DNA of 64,000 nt from an uncultured Gammaproteobacteria bacterium (GTDB taxonomy: Bacteria; Patescibacteriota; Microgenomatia; UBA10105; UBA927): NCBI GenBank assembly GCA_964527425.1, contig CAZGOA010000005.1:15290-79289 (forward strand), given 5' to 3'. Position 1 is the stretch's first letter; each line of letters begins with the position of its first letter. The notes below the pieces were generated by a model. It was not told where the DNA came from, did not search any database, and saw only the letters and a list, made by a program, of their open reading frames with translations. This document shows, in pieces, positions 9,979 through 22,637 of the stretch. The position numbers and the translations under genes were made by a program.

Positions 9979-11061
9979 TTAAGCGAGTTTGTTTTTAAAA
10001 TAATCTACCCAAGGGATTGCAACAGGATCTAAATTATACATCATTGCTAAATAAAATGTATAAAATCCCGATAAAGCCATAGCCTCTAATGTTTGAGCAA
10101 GTTTCGTCTTACTTCTCAATGATATTGTCATTGTTGCGACGTCTTGCTTTTCAACTACTTCTTGGGTTATGGCATATCTTTTTTTAATAGACTCTGAATA
10201 TAAATCTGAAAGCAAAAAGACAAACAAACCTGTTTGATGAAGGGTATTTGGACTTTTAAGACCTTCCATTAAATGATGATTAAGCTCAGGAATATGACGA
10301 TAATCTGATATTAACTTAGCTGTTTCATTGAGTTGATTTGCCATTCCATTTACTACACCTCTAGTAAATTCTGCACCGATTATAAATGGGTGTGTATCGT
10401 ATAATTTTAATGCAATTTGTTTTGCAAGATTTTTATCCGTAGGAACATCAATAAGTAACTGTTTACTGAAGGTACGTATAAATTCTAGTGCTTCATTAAC
10501 TTCCTCATCACTAAGCCCCAAAAAACCAAGTGATTTTAATATCCCCATATGTCCCATTAATAAATAGCCGCCGCCTATACGAGGTTGACCACATGGATTA
10601 TGTTTTGCGCTGAATAAATATCTAGGCAGATCATCTTTTGTCAACATATCTCCGATAACCCCGCCCTTTGCTATACCCATTACTTTTGCTCCCCGGCTTA
10701 ATCCGTCAAGCCCGCATGAAATAACCTCCTCAGTTGATCCGGAATACGAAGATAAAATTACGAGTGAACGACTGTTAACATAACGAGGTAATTTATAAGT
10801 ATCAACAATTTCGTATGGTTTAGTAATTTGATCGTAAAAAAGTTCTTTGACTATACGTGGAGTAAATCTCGATCCTCCCATACCACATACAACAATAGAA
10901 TCGATATCTTTGTAATCATCTGGAAACTGCATGTCTTTTGTTTCATTCCACGCTTCTTCACATTGATCTGCAAATTGAGCTGTTGAACCTAATACATCTT
11001 GCGGATCTTTTTCCTTAAAATCTTTAATTTCATCTAAATTTATCATATGTGCTCCTTTCAA
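9979..11061 (-). CDS. Bifunctional phosphoglucose/phosphomannose isomerase (SIS domain, archaeal-type PGI/PMI)
   Basis: 360 aa. SIS-domain signature VVCGMGGSRFTPRIV, with a length and pattern matching the PGI/PMI family. The true start is probably the internal MINLDE. Confidence 0.7.
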   Translation of the reverse strand: MKGAHMINLDEIKDFKEKDPQDVLGSTAQFADQCEEAWNETKDMQFPDDYKDIDSIVVCGMGGSRFTPRIVKELFYDQITKPYEIVDTYKLPRYVNSRSLVILSSYSGSTEEVISCGLDGLSRGAKVMGIAKGGVIGDMLTKDDLPRYLFSAKHNPCGQPRIGGGYLLMGHMGILKSLGFLGLSDEEVNEALEFIRTFSKQLLIDVPTDKNLAKQIALKLYDTHPFIIGAEFTRGVVNGMANQLNETAKLISDYRHIPELNHHLMEGLKSPNTLHQTGLFVFLLSDLYSESIKKRYAITQEVVEKQDVATMTISLRSKTKLAQTLEAMALSGFYTFYLAMMYNLDPVAIPWVDYFKNKLA

Positions 11062-12443
11062 TTCTTCTTCTTTCCACCGTTACTTTCAATAAATGTTATA
11101 ACTTCCTGTAATTTTTCATTAAGTATTTCTTGCGTATCTGCTTCAAGGTTTAAACGTAAAAGTGGCTCTGTTTTTGAACCTCTAACATTAAACCAATACG
11201 TATCATACCAAACACTTACGCCATCTAATGCATCAATTGTATTTGCCGAAGAAAAAGCATCTTTCAAAGAAGCTGTTAATGCTGGTATATCTGAAACTAT
11301 AAAATTTATTTCTCCACTTGCTGGATATTTTGATAGCTCATCAACGTATGCAGATAATTTTTTATCTTCAAGCGAAAGCAAAGAGAGAACCATTAATGCT
11401 GTAAGCACACCACTTTCCGCAGAAAAAAAATCTCTATGGTAATAATGGCCGGAATGTTCACCTGCAAATATTGCATTATAATCTTTCATATATGTTTTTA
11501 TGTAACTATGACCGACTCTTACCCTCATAGATTTCCCTCCAGAAGATTCAATTACTTCTGGCACAATTCTTCCACAAATCGCATTGTATAAAATAAGCTC
11601 AGCAGGATGATGTTTTAAAATGTACCTTGAAAGCAAAGCCGTTGTAATGGTTCCGGAAACAAGTCTTCCTTTATCATCTATTAGAAACATTCGATCTGCA
11701 TCTCCATCAAATGTTAACCCGACATCAGCTTGCAAACGTAATACGTTATTTCTTAAATCTTCAGTATTTTTTTCAACTAAGGGGTTTGGGACATGATTAG
11801 GAAAAGTTCCATCAAGATCCATATACATACTGGTAACTTCAAAAGGCAATGATGAAAACACTGCAGGTACTAATTTTCCCGCCATACCATTCCCTGCATC
11901 TACTACAACTTTCAGTGGTTTTAGATCAGAAACTTTTATTAATGAAAGTATTTTTGCTTTCCATTCATCAGTATAATCTACTTCAGTAAATACTCCTTCA
12001 TGTTCTGATAATGGTAAAGGCCCTTGTGCAATTAAATCACGTATTTCATATAAACCAGAGTCGCTGGTAACAGCAATAGGACCTTTCTTTACTAGTTTTA
12101 AACCATTGTACTCTGGAGGATTATGAGAAGCAGAAATCATAATAACCAAATCATAATCTTTTGTTCCAGCAATATAATAAGACATTTCTGTACCTGAGAG
12201 TCCAGCATCTGCGACATTAACACCGAGAGAAATGAAAGTTTTAATGAATGCATCACGCATCTCGGCCCCTGATGTTCTCATGTCTCGAACAAGACATACA
12301 CTTTTAGGGTTGAACTTACGAACGATTGCATGGGTAATGGCAGTTGCGGTTTCTCCATTTATTTGTTCTGGATATACTCCTCGAACATCATAGTCTTTAA
12401 AAATTGAGGTATTAATATTCATATGATATTTTGGAAATAACAT
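11058..12443 (-). CDS. Phosphomannomutase/phosphoglucomutase (alpha-D-phosphohexomutase)
   Basis: 461 aa. Active-site loop ISASHNPPEYNGLKL and Mg-binding loop FDGDADR. Overlaps the PGI/PMI gene by 4 nt. Confidence 0.88.
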   Translation of the reverse strand: MLFPKYHMNINTSIFKDYDVRGVYPEQINGETATAITHAIVRKFNPKSVCLVRDMRTSGAEMRDAFIKTFISLGVNVADAGLSGTEMSYYIAGTKDYDLVIMISASHNPPEYNGLKLVKKGPIAVTSDSGLYEIRDLIAQGPLPLSEHEGVFTEVDYTDEWKAKILSLIKVSDLKPLKVVVDAGNGMAGKLVPAVFSSLPFEVTSMYMDLDGTFPNHVPNPLVEKNTEDLRNNVLRLQADVGLTFDGDADRMFLIDDKGRLVSGTITTALLSRYILKHHPAELILYNAICGRIVPEVIESSGGKSMRVRVGHSYIKTYMKDYNAIFAGEHSGHYYHRDFFSAESGVLTALMVLSLLSLEDKKLSAYVDELSKYPASGEINFIVSDIPALTASLKDAFSSANTIDALDGVSVWYDTYWFNVRGSKTEPLLRLNLEADTQEILNEKLQEVITFIESNGGKKKN

Positions 12444-13110
12444 GTTCAGTCGCTTCTACAAGTGACAGATATGAAGTTCCAGTTTTATTAGCTAATTCTA
12501 TTGTTAAAAGCTGTAGATAAATAGCTAACAATTGATCCATCGTAAAGAAGCGCGTTTGATTTGTCAAACGGTTAAGTTGCCAAGGAGCAATTCCCTCCAA
12601 ATTTCCTCGTTCTTTTAGAAAAAGCAATTGTTTTATTCGTCTAATAAGCAAAAAGTGTATTAACTCTGGTGCTTCAGAGGTAATCATTGAAGTATATTGT
12701 TTTATAAGGCTTGATTGAGCATGAGGTTTAATACTATCTAAAAACTGAAAAACCAGTGTTGGAATTGGATAATACTTTATTGTAATGCTGTTTCCCAATA
12801 GTTTAAGAATGGATTTACCAATTTCTTTCTCTTCCCATATCACTATCTGATATTCATTATGATCTAATAAAATGCGAATAAATGATTCAGCCTGTTTTGT
12901 TTTTTTGCCTAGTGATGAAAAAAGCTGTTCGATAATAACTACTACCTCGTTATCAAACAAAGAAGATGATGATAAAGCTTGAACCAGATCGCCTTCCTGC
13001 AGCGCTTTACCTTCAACAACTCTAATTTCTTTGTCTTTGTAACTTTCTCTTAGACGTATTAATTCATTTCTGGATTTTGCAATATCTTCACCGTGTATGA
13101 TCGTAATCAT
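12412..13110 (-). CDS. holA: DNA polymerase III delta subunit-like (HolA), short form
   Basis: 232 aa. The N-terminal pattern IIHGEDIAKSRNEL...SLFDNEVVVIIE resembles the HolA N-domain. It is shorter than canonical delta, as is common in reduced genomes. Confidence 0.5.
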   Translation of the reverse strand: MITIIHGEDIAKSRNELIRLRESYKDKEIRVVEGKALQEGDLVQALSSSSLFDNEVVVIIEQLFSSLGKKTKQAESFIRILLDHNEYQIVIWEEKEIGKSILKLLGNSITIKYYPIPTLVFQFLDSIKPHAQSSLIKQYTSMITSEAPELIHFLLIRRIKQLLFLKERGNLEGIAPWQLNRLTNQTRFFTMDQLLAIYLQLLTIELANKTGTSYLSLVEATEHVISKISYEY

Positions 13111-14524
13111 AGGAATATTGTATCATTATGAGGAGATGAAAACCTCTTTTCGATTTATTTTGATCTTTATCCTTCTAGTCTGTTTTCATCTTTTTTTCTC
13201 TGGAAAATTTTTATTAGTTGATCCTCCTATTAATCCTGATGAAACATATTTCTTTTCGATCTCAACAGAATTAAAAGATCATGGAATTATCCGTACTCCA
13301 ATCTATGAGTTAGGAATGAGTAGTCAAGAAGTGAGAGCTTATTCATATCCACCTTTATTTCCATATCTCCAATCCTTCTGGATGATGGTTTTTGGTTCGC
13401 ATCTCGTTTCTATACGTATGCTTAGTCTAGTTATTAGCATTTTTGTCCTTCTAGTTTCCTATATATTATTTATTACATTTACTCAATCACTATGGATATC
13501 CGCTTTATCAATCTTAATAATCATTTTATATAGTCCGTTTGCTATAGCAAGCAGAGTAGGAAGAATGGAAATAGTGATCCTGCTTTTTTTTATGAGTAGT
13601 TTACTCTTAATCACTCGCTTACCGTTTACAAGGAAAACCGTTGTCATTGTTGGACTATTAGGCACTTTTTCATGGTTAACACATCCAACAGGTTTTATCA
13701 TCTTTGTCCTTGTATCGATGTATATGTTAGTAAAACGGCCTGTCAATATAACAATAAAAACAATCATTATCTATGTGTCTTTACCATTTATATTGGGAAC
13801 TAGCTGGTGGATATCGCAGTATTCTGATTATCTTAATATTTTTATGGAACAAATGAATTGGCAACTTTTTAATAAATCGAGTAAAGAATCAATAGTAACA
13901 CTTTTATTTAGAACAGACATAGTTTGGAGAACACGTTTTCTATTTATTATGTTGATAAATTCATTTGCAATACTTTTTGGAGTACGTAATAAAAACAATA
14001 CGCTGATAATACTCGGTAGCATTTCTTGGTTAATGTTCCTGTCTACGTATATTGGAAAAGAACAATGGTATTTACCATATCCAATATTTCCTCTTATTCT
14101 AATTTTATTAAGTATCTATTCTCAGATTCATAAACGATGGATCATCACCAGTTGTTTATTCTTTTTGGTTTGTTTAAACGGATATACAACACTTACCTAT
14201 TACGTTTCAGAAACTAAAACGAATGATTCGTACAGACTTTTTGTTAAAGAGTTAAGTTCACATATACCGAAAGATGCCAAAATACTTATCTCAACACTTC
14301 CTGATCCGACGTTTGAATTATGGAATCTTGGGTATAAACACATACAAGCAGTGACACATGATACCGAACCAAACACAATAGGATCTCATTTAGATGAGTT
14401 TGATATCTTACTGATTAATTACACAACAAACACAGAGTTAAAAACTATTATTAACACTCAAAATTTCAGAACTATTCCTATACAATCTCAAGGTTATACA
14501 ACCAATCTCATTTTCTTACATTAA
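13097..14524 (+). CDS. GT-C fold glycosyltransferase (ArnT/PMT family 39/83-like) membrane protein
   Basis: 475 aa with about 11 TM helices. A DE motif in the first extracytoplasmic loop (NPDETYF) is characteristic of ArnT/PMT-type dolichyl/undecaprenyl-phosphate sugar transferases. Confidence 0.5.
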   Translation: MIVIIGILYHYEEMKTSFRFILIFILLVCFHLFFSGKFLLVDPPINPDETYFFSISTELKDHGIIRTPIYELGMSSQEVRAYSYPPLFPYLQSFWMMVFGSHLVSIRMLSLVISIFVLLVSYILFITFTQSLWISALSILIIILYSPFAIASRVGRMEIVILLFFMSSLLLITRLPFTRKTVVIVGLLGTFSWLTHPTGFIIFVLVSMYMLVKRPVNITIKTIIIYVSLPFILGTSWWISQYSDYLNIFMEQMNWQLFNKSSKESIVTLLFRTDIVWRTRFLFIMLINSFAILFGVRNKNNTLIILGSISWLMFLSTYIGKEQWYLPYPIFPLILILLSIYSQIHKRWIITSCLFFLVCLNGYTTLTYYVSETKTNDSYRLFVKELSSHIPKDAKILISTLPDPTFELWNLGYKHIQAVTHDTEPNTIGSHLDEFDILLINYTTNTELKTIINTQNFRTIPIQSQGYTTNLIFLH

Positions 14525-14533
14525 CTTTTATTA

Positions 14534-15718
14534 CTATTTCTTTTTAAAATATATTTTTTGCTTAATTTTATCAGGAAGTAAAGACTCATCAGTATATTTT
14601 ATATATCCGTTTCCATACCCTAACTCTTTCATAAGCTGAGTAGGAGCATTACGTATATTTAAAGGAATAGGCAAATTGCCATATTTTTTAACGTCTTCAA
14701 GGGCTAAAAAATATGAATCATACACACGTCGATCCTTTTTTGCCTGACACAGATAGGTAGTTCCAAAAGCTAAATTAATAGAAGCTTCAGGATAACCAAT
14801 TTTGTGACATGCATCAAACACACTATTGGCTACTACTTGAGCAGTAGGTTGAGCTAGTCCAATATCTTCAGCAGCAAAAATCACCATTCTTCTCGCTATA
14901 AAAAGAGGATCCTCTCCTGATTCAATCATTCGAGCTAAATAATAAAGAGCAGCATCAACATTGCTCGCTCGCATACTCTTTATATATGCTGAAATAGTGT
15001 TGTAATGCTCTTCTCCGTGAGTGTCATATTGAAGCGACTTTTTTTGTGCTGCATCTTCTATTTGTTCAACCGTGATGTATTCACTCTGACTAATATGTAT
15101 TGCAATCTCTAATATAGTAAGCAACTGTCTTCCATCTCCATTAGCTAGCTCTAGAAGTAGAGCTTTGGCTTCTTTTTTTATGTTTTTATTTGACGTTTTT
15201 AAACCTCTCTCTAGTAACACTTCTAAATCATGTTCTGATAGTTGTTTTAAGACAAACACCCTGCATCTTGATAAGAGAGGTGATATAACTTCAAATGAAG
15301 GATTCTCAGTTGTAGCTCCAACAAATGTAATTGTGCCATTTTCTACAAATGGCAATAATGCATCCTGTTGGTTTTTATTAAATCTATGAATTTCATCAAT
15401 AAACAGTATGGTCTTTTGATTAGTGGTATGCTGCCGTTCTGAAGCATGCTGAATAACAGTACGAATATCCGACAATCCCGAAGTTACTGCTGATTTTGAT
15501 TCAAAATACGCCTGAATAGATTCGGCCAACAACCGTGCTATCGTTGTTTTACCAACTCCAGGAGGACCCCAAAAAATGATTGAAGGTATATAATTACTCT
15601 TAACAAGTTTACGAATGACACCATCTGGACCAACTAAATGCTGTTGACCAACTATTTCTTCTAATCTTGTCGGCCTTAATTGCTCAGCGAGAGGAATTGA
15701 AATATTCATTACCAGCAT
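14534..15718 (-). CDS. rarA: Replication-associated recombination protein A (AAA+ ATPase RarA/MgsA)
   Basis: 394 aa. Walker A FWGPPGVGKTT, Walker B LFIDEIHRFNK and a MgsA C-terminal domain. Confidence 0.88.
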   Translation of the reverse strand: MLVMNISIPLAEQLRPTRLEEIVGQQHLVGPDGVIRKLVKSNYIPSIIFWGPPGVGKTTIARLLAESIQAYFESKSAVTSGLSDIRTVIQHASERQHTTNQKTILFIDEIHRFNKNQQDALLPFVENGTITFVGATTENPSFEVISPLLSRCRVFVLKQLSEHDLEVLLERGLKTSNKNIKKEAKALLLELANGDGRQLLTILEIAIHISQSEYITVEQIEDAAQKKSLQYDTHGEEHYNTISAYIKSMRASNVDAALYYLARMIESGEDPLFIARRMVIFAAEDIGLAQPTAQVVANSVFDACHKIGYPEASINLAFGTTYLCQAKKDRRVYDSYFLALEDVKKYGNLPIPLNIRNAPTQLMKELGYGNGYIKYTDESLLPDKIKQKIYFKKK

Positions 15719-15760
15719 TGTAGCTCTACATTAATAAAAAAACAAAAAAACCGCTTCTTT

Positions 15761-15884
15761 GTCCCCCAGCCTTGACCTATCTTCCCGGATCTTTTGAAAT
15801 CAGGTATTTTGGGCGCTGACGCGTTTCACTTCTGAGTTCGAGATGGGATCAGGTGGTACCACATCGCTCAAAAGACTGGAAGAC
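15761..15884 (-). rRNA. rrf: 5S ribosomal RNA
   Basis: The reverse complement contains the universal 5S core CCACCTGATCCCATCTCGAACTCAGAAGTGAAACG. Helix I closes with GTCTTCCAGTC/GGCTGGGGGAC. It is flanked by an inverted repeat (AACCGCTT...AAGCGGTT) and a downstream T-run. Confidence 0.85.
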
Positions 15885-15994
15885 ACAAAAGCGGTTTAGA
15901 ATCACTTTTATTTTTTAAAAAACAATATTCATAGCAAGTAATTGCGCAAAAGGGGCAATTTATCTTTTCAGCATAAAATCACCGGAGAACTTTC

Positions 15995-19232
<3,238 letters not shown>

Positions 19233-19485
19233 AAAAGGTCCATGTAGACTTCTCTATATGGATTCAAATTGTTCCCGGCGATAAATTATGCTGCATAAAA
19301 GGAATATAAATTACCCCTTTTGCTGCAACTACTCATTCATTATTCAACAACAGAAGACCCTCTGTTGTTGATGCTATCAATATTGATGTCATTTGTTTGA
19401 CTTGTTAAGGTGCAATACTCAAATATGGAAGAAAGAAATTAATGTCTGTATATTCAAACATCAAATTCTTTATCCCATTGTAAAG

Positions 19486-19558
19486 TGGACCTGGGGGGAG
19501 TCGAACCCCCTACCTCCTCATTGCAAATGAGGCATTCAACCAGGTAAACTTCAGGCCC
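19486..19558 (-). tRNA. tRNA-Ala (anticodon UGC)
   Basis: 73-nt cloverleaf on the minus strand: GGGCCTG acceptor with a G3:U70 pair (alanine identity element), anticodon loop TTTGCAA, T-arm GGGGGTTCGACTCCCCC, discriminator A. No CCA is encoded. Confidence 0.85.
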
Positions 19559-19562
19559 GACT

Positions 19563-19590
19563 AAAAAACCCCGCCTTTTGCGGGGTCCCC
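19563..19590 (-). terminator. Intrinsic-terminator-like hairpin (CCCCGC-loop-GCGGGG plus T-run) located 4 nt upstream of tRNA-Ala inside the rRNA leader
   Basis: Minus-strand RNA reads ACCCCGCAAAAGGCGGGGUUUUUU. It lies between the predicted rrn promoter and the tRNA 5' end. Confidence 0.5.
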
Positions 19591-19699
19591 AACTAGTTTC
19601 AATCATGAAGCTAACAACGCAATATAAGTGCTTGTTGTTTTAAAATTGTATGCAGGGTGCTTCTCATGAAACGTAAAATTACCTTCGCAAAGGTACATA

Positions 19700-19730
19700 A
19701 GATTGTATCATTTCAGACAATGAAGTCAAT
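19700..19730 (-). promoter_or_regulatory. Candidate sigma-70 promoter of the tRNA-Ala/23S/5S operon
   Basis: On the minus strand: TTGACT, a 16-nt spacer, then TACAAT. A boxA-like tract (CAATTTTAAAACAACAAGC) lies downstream in the leader. Confidence 0.5.
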
Positions 19731-19743
19731 ACCCTTAAATACG

Positions 19744-21054
19744 TCAAAAATCATCTATAGGAACATTTCTCATAGAAAATGCAATTGAATGATGACTGCC
19801 AAAAGCAATTCTATCATGAACTTTTTGATCAATCGACAATAATCTACCTGGTACAACACTCCATTCTCCCCATCTTTGAGCAATAGAATCTAAAGCTTTT
19901 GTTATATTCCTTTTCTTTTCATCATCATAAAAAAGTGTTTGTTGCGAGTATAAATTCTTTTTCAAAGAAAAACACGAAACAGCCAAAATTCTTACAGGTA
20001 AATCAGGAGCTTGAAGGAGAAAACGCATTGCCACTTCGTAAAACTGACTATCAGTGAATAGTTGTGTTTGCTGTTTTTCACTTAATCGCCATTGTGTTCC
20101 ATTCACAAAATAGCAGGAAACATGTACACCTTCTGCTGTTAAATTATCTGTACGCAACCGTCTTCCCATTTTTACGACTAATTGATACAAAATATGTTTT
20201 ATTTTTTCATCATAACTAGATAAAAACGTACGTAACGCATAAGAATGACCAATGGATTTTCTTTCAAATTCTTCATCATCAGCTTCCCATCCATGTAAAC
20301 GAAGCCACCAGTGATATCCAAGTATAGAGTGAAAAGCAGCTTTCAAATATGAAATTGAAGCTGAATATAATTGAAGTGGATTGGTAATTCCAAATGCTCT
20401 AAGACGTGTTGCTGTAGCCTGCTTAATACCGCAAAGATCTTCTAGTTCCATTGATTGTAATATGTCTTTTATCGTCTTATGTGTTATTTGTACTAATCCA
20501 TCAGGTTTTTTATAACTTGCTCCTATTTTTGCCAAATATCGATTAGGAGCTATTCCAATAGAAACAGTTATCCATTCGCCCAACTCTTCTTTAATAGTTT
20601 GTTTAATCTCTTTTGCAATAAGCACCATTGCTTCATCACAACTTATTCCTTTTTTTACCAAACGTTTAAATGTATAAGAATGTTTAAAACTAAATACCAT
20701 TTCATCAATAGATTTAACAATAACTGGGTCAGTAAACCGAGATAGAATTGTTACTAACCGTTTATTGATGTATCGATATTTATCAGGATCTGGAGATAAG
20801 ACGACTATTTTAGGACACAGTTTTTTTGCTTCTCCCACAAACATTCCAGTTTTTACTCCATGTATTTTCGCTTCACGAGAAGCAGCAAGAACACATCCTC
20901 TATCCGTTGTATATGCTCCAACGACTACTGGACGTCCTCTCAGTAATGGGTTTGCTTGTTGTTCAATAGTTGCAAAACAAGAGTTTATATCAAGAAGAAT
21001 AGTAGTTGCAGGTGCTTTGTTAAATCCAACAGATTCGGTTGTTATTGTATCCAT
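19744..21054 (-). CDS. Y-family DNA polymerase (DinB/Pol IV-like translesion polymerase)
   Basis: 436 aa. N-terminal ILLDINSCFATIE carries the catalytic Asp. SIDE supplies the catalytic Asp-Glu. Palm, finger, thumb and little-finger domain order is consistent with DinB. Confidence 0.8.
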   Translation of the reverse strand: MDTITTESVGFNKAPATTILLDINSCFATIEQQANPLLRGRPVVVGAYTTDRGCVLAASREAKIHGVKTGMFVGEAKKLCPKIVVLSPDPDKYRYINKRLVTILSRFTDPVIVKSIDEMVFSFKHSYTFKRLVKKGISCDEAMVLIAKEIKQTIKEELGEWITVSIGIAPNRYLAKIGASYKKPDGLVQITHKTIKDILQSMELEDLCGIKQATATRLRAFGITNPLQLYSASISYLKAAFHSILGYHWWLRLHGWEADDEEFERKSIGHSYALRTFLSSYDEKIKHILYQLVVKMGRRLRTDNLTAEGVHVSCYFVNGTQWRLSEKQQTQLFTDSQFYEVAMRFLLQAPDLPVRILAVSCFSLKKNLYSQQTLFYDDEKKRNITKALDSIAQRWGEWSVVPGRLLSIDQKVHDRIAFGSHHSIAFSMRNVPIDDF

Positions 21055-21057
21055 AAT

Positions 21058-21321
21058 TTACTCATCTATTTCTAATAATTGCCAGGTTAAATATTCAGTA
21101 TTAAATACTAATTTAAAGAATGTAGTTCCGTCAGTAACAGAAAAAACATGAAGCAGCGTTCGTCCTTCTCTTATCATATGATGAAGACCTACTTTGTTAA
21201 TGCGATAGCGTCTCCCTCGCCAGGCTATTACCCACGGATATACTTTGCCAGTTAAATGATTACTCAAAAGATCAACCGAAACTGATTCATTAATAAACGT
21301 AGACATATGAAAAATACCCAA
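21058..21321 (-). CDS. Small conserved hypothetical protein translationally coupled to the Y-family polymerase (possibly DUF6504-like)
   Basis: 87 aa. Its stop is 3 nt before the polymerase ATG (TAA-ATT-ATG). Contains the motif WRGRRYRINKV...LLHVFSV. The family assignment is from memory and not verified. Confidence 0.5.
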   Translation of the reverse strand: MGIFHMSTFINESVSVDLLSNHLTGKVYPWVIAWRGRRYRINKVGLHHMIREGRTLLHVFSVTDGTTFFKLVFNTEYLTWQLLEIDE

Positions 21322-21425
21322 ATATATTCATAACAAAACCCGAAAAGAAAAACAATAGAATCAAAATATATCAATTAAAAAAAGAATAACCACATGGATC
21401 TTTTAACAGACTCGACTAACCACGT

Positions 21426-22637
21426 ATGAATCAAAAAACAGTAGTGTTGGGAATAACTGGAGGTATTGCCGGAGTTACTATTCCTGATTTGATTGCACAA
21501 TTACGATCAAAACATATACGCGTTATTCCGATCATGACAACGCATGCAACTCATATAATTTCTCCAGATATAATAAAAAAAGCAGCAGATTCACCAGTGT
21601 ATAGAGAACTTTTCCCCAAAAATTTTTCTACGAAAACAATCCTAAAAAAACGATCAGTTGACCATATTACTATTGCAGAATTGGCAGATTTATTTGTTGT
21701 TGCACCTGCAACAGCTAATATTCTAGCGAAACTAGCACATGGTATAGCGGATGATTTTCTGACAACGACACTACTGGCAACACAAGCGCGTATTCTTTTG
21801 TGTCCGTCTATGAATAGTAATATGTGGTCACATCCATCAGTACAACAAAATATTGACATATTACATAAAAGAGGATGTATCATCTTGCCTCCAGATTCAG
21901 GAGAGTTAGCCTGCGGAAATGAGGGACCAGGAAGATTACCTACGAGTACTACCATAAGCGATCAAATCAGTATATTACTTAACAAAACCACAATACTCCA
22001 GAACAAAAGAGTGCTTATTACTTCAGGCGGCACTAAAGAGCCAATTGATGATGTGCGCTTTATAACAAATAACAGTTCAGGAACAATGGGTGCTGCTTTA
22101 GCAGATGCATGCGCTCAATCAGGAGCAATCGTTACATATATACATGCTAAAGACGCAAAACTTCCTCGGGTAGAGACTACACTTTATCCATTCACTACAA
22201 CGCAGGACCTCTCAAATCTACTTGCTGCACACTTGCCTTCACATGATATTATTTTCCATCTAGCTGCAATTTCCGACTTCACAATAAAAAAATTGTCTGG
22301 AAAAATTTCAAGCAAAAAATCTCATATCCTGCATTTAATTCCCACAATAAAATTATATAGTCAGATGAAAATGATAAACCCCGACATACATCTCATTACG
22401 TTTAAAGCAGAACCTACAATGTCACCACAAGCTTGGAATACGCTATTGGCTTCAGTACTTAAAACGACACCTATAGACACGGTAATTGGCAATCCCATAG
22501 ACAAGCTCAACCAAGGATTTTCATCAGATTGGAATGAAGTATATATTCGTACCAAACATGGTAAATCTTTACATCTTCCACGTACAACCAAAACAAATCT
22601 TGCATTTCAAATTATAGATTTCTTATTTAGCAATTGA
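21426..22637 (+). CDS. coaBC: Bifunctional phosphopantothenoylcysteine decarboxylase / phosphopantothenate--cysteine ligase
   Basis: 403 aa. N-terminal flavoprotein domain (VVLGITGGIAG...PIMT) followed by a C-terminal DFP/CoaB ligase domain (LITSGGTKEPIDDVRFITNNSSG). Confidence 0.82.
   Translation: MNQKTVVLGITGGIAGVTIPDLIAQLRSKHIRVIPIMTTHATHIISPDIIKKAADSPVYRELFPKNFSTKTILKKRSVDHITIAELADLFVVAPATANILAKLAHGIADDFLTTTLLATQARILLCPSMNSNMWSHPSVQQNIDILHKRGCIILPPDSGELACGNEGPGRLPTSTTISDQISILLNKTTILQNKRVLITSGGTKEPIDDVRFITNNSSGTMGAALADACAQSGAIVTYIHAKDAKLPRVETTLYPFTTTQDLSNLLAAHLPSHDIIFHLAAISDFTIKKLSGKISSKKSHILHLIPTIKLYSQMKMINPDIHLITFKAEPTMSPQAWNTLLASVLKTTPIDTVIGNPIDKLNQGFSSDWNEVYIRTKHGKSLHLPRTTKTNLAFQIIDFLFSN

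Noticed and set aside
19563-19590. Interpreting the CCCCGC/GCGGGG hairpin plus T-run simply as the dinB terminator
   Set aside because: It may well terminate dinB transcripts. However, the best promoter for the rRNA operon lies upstream of it and nothing can fit between it and tRNA-Ala, so it must also be traversed by rRNA transcripts. It is recorded as a leader element instead.
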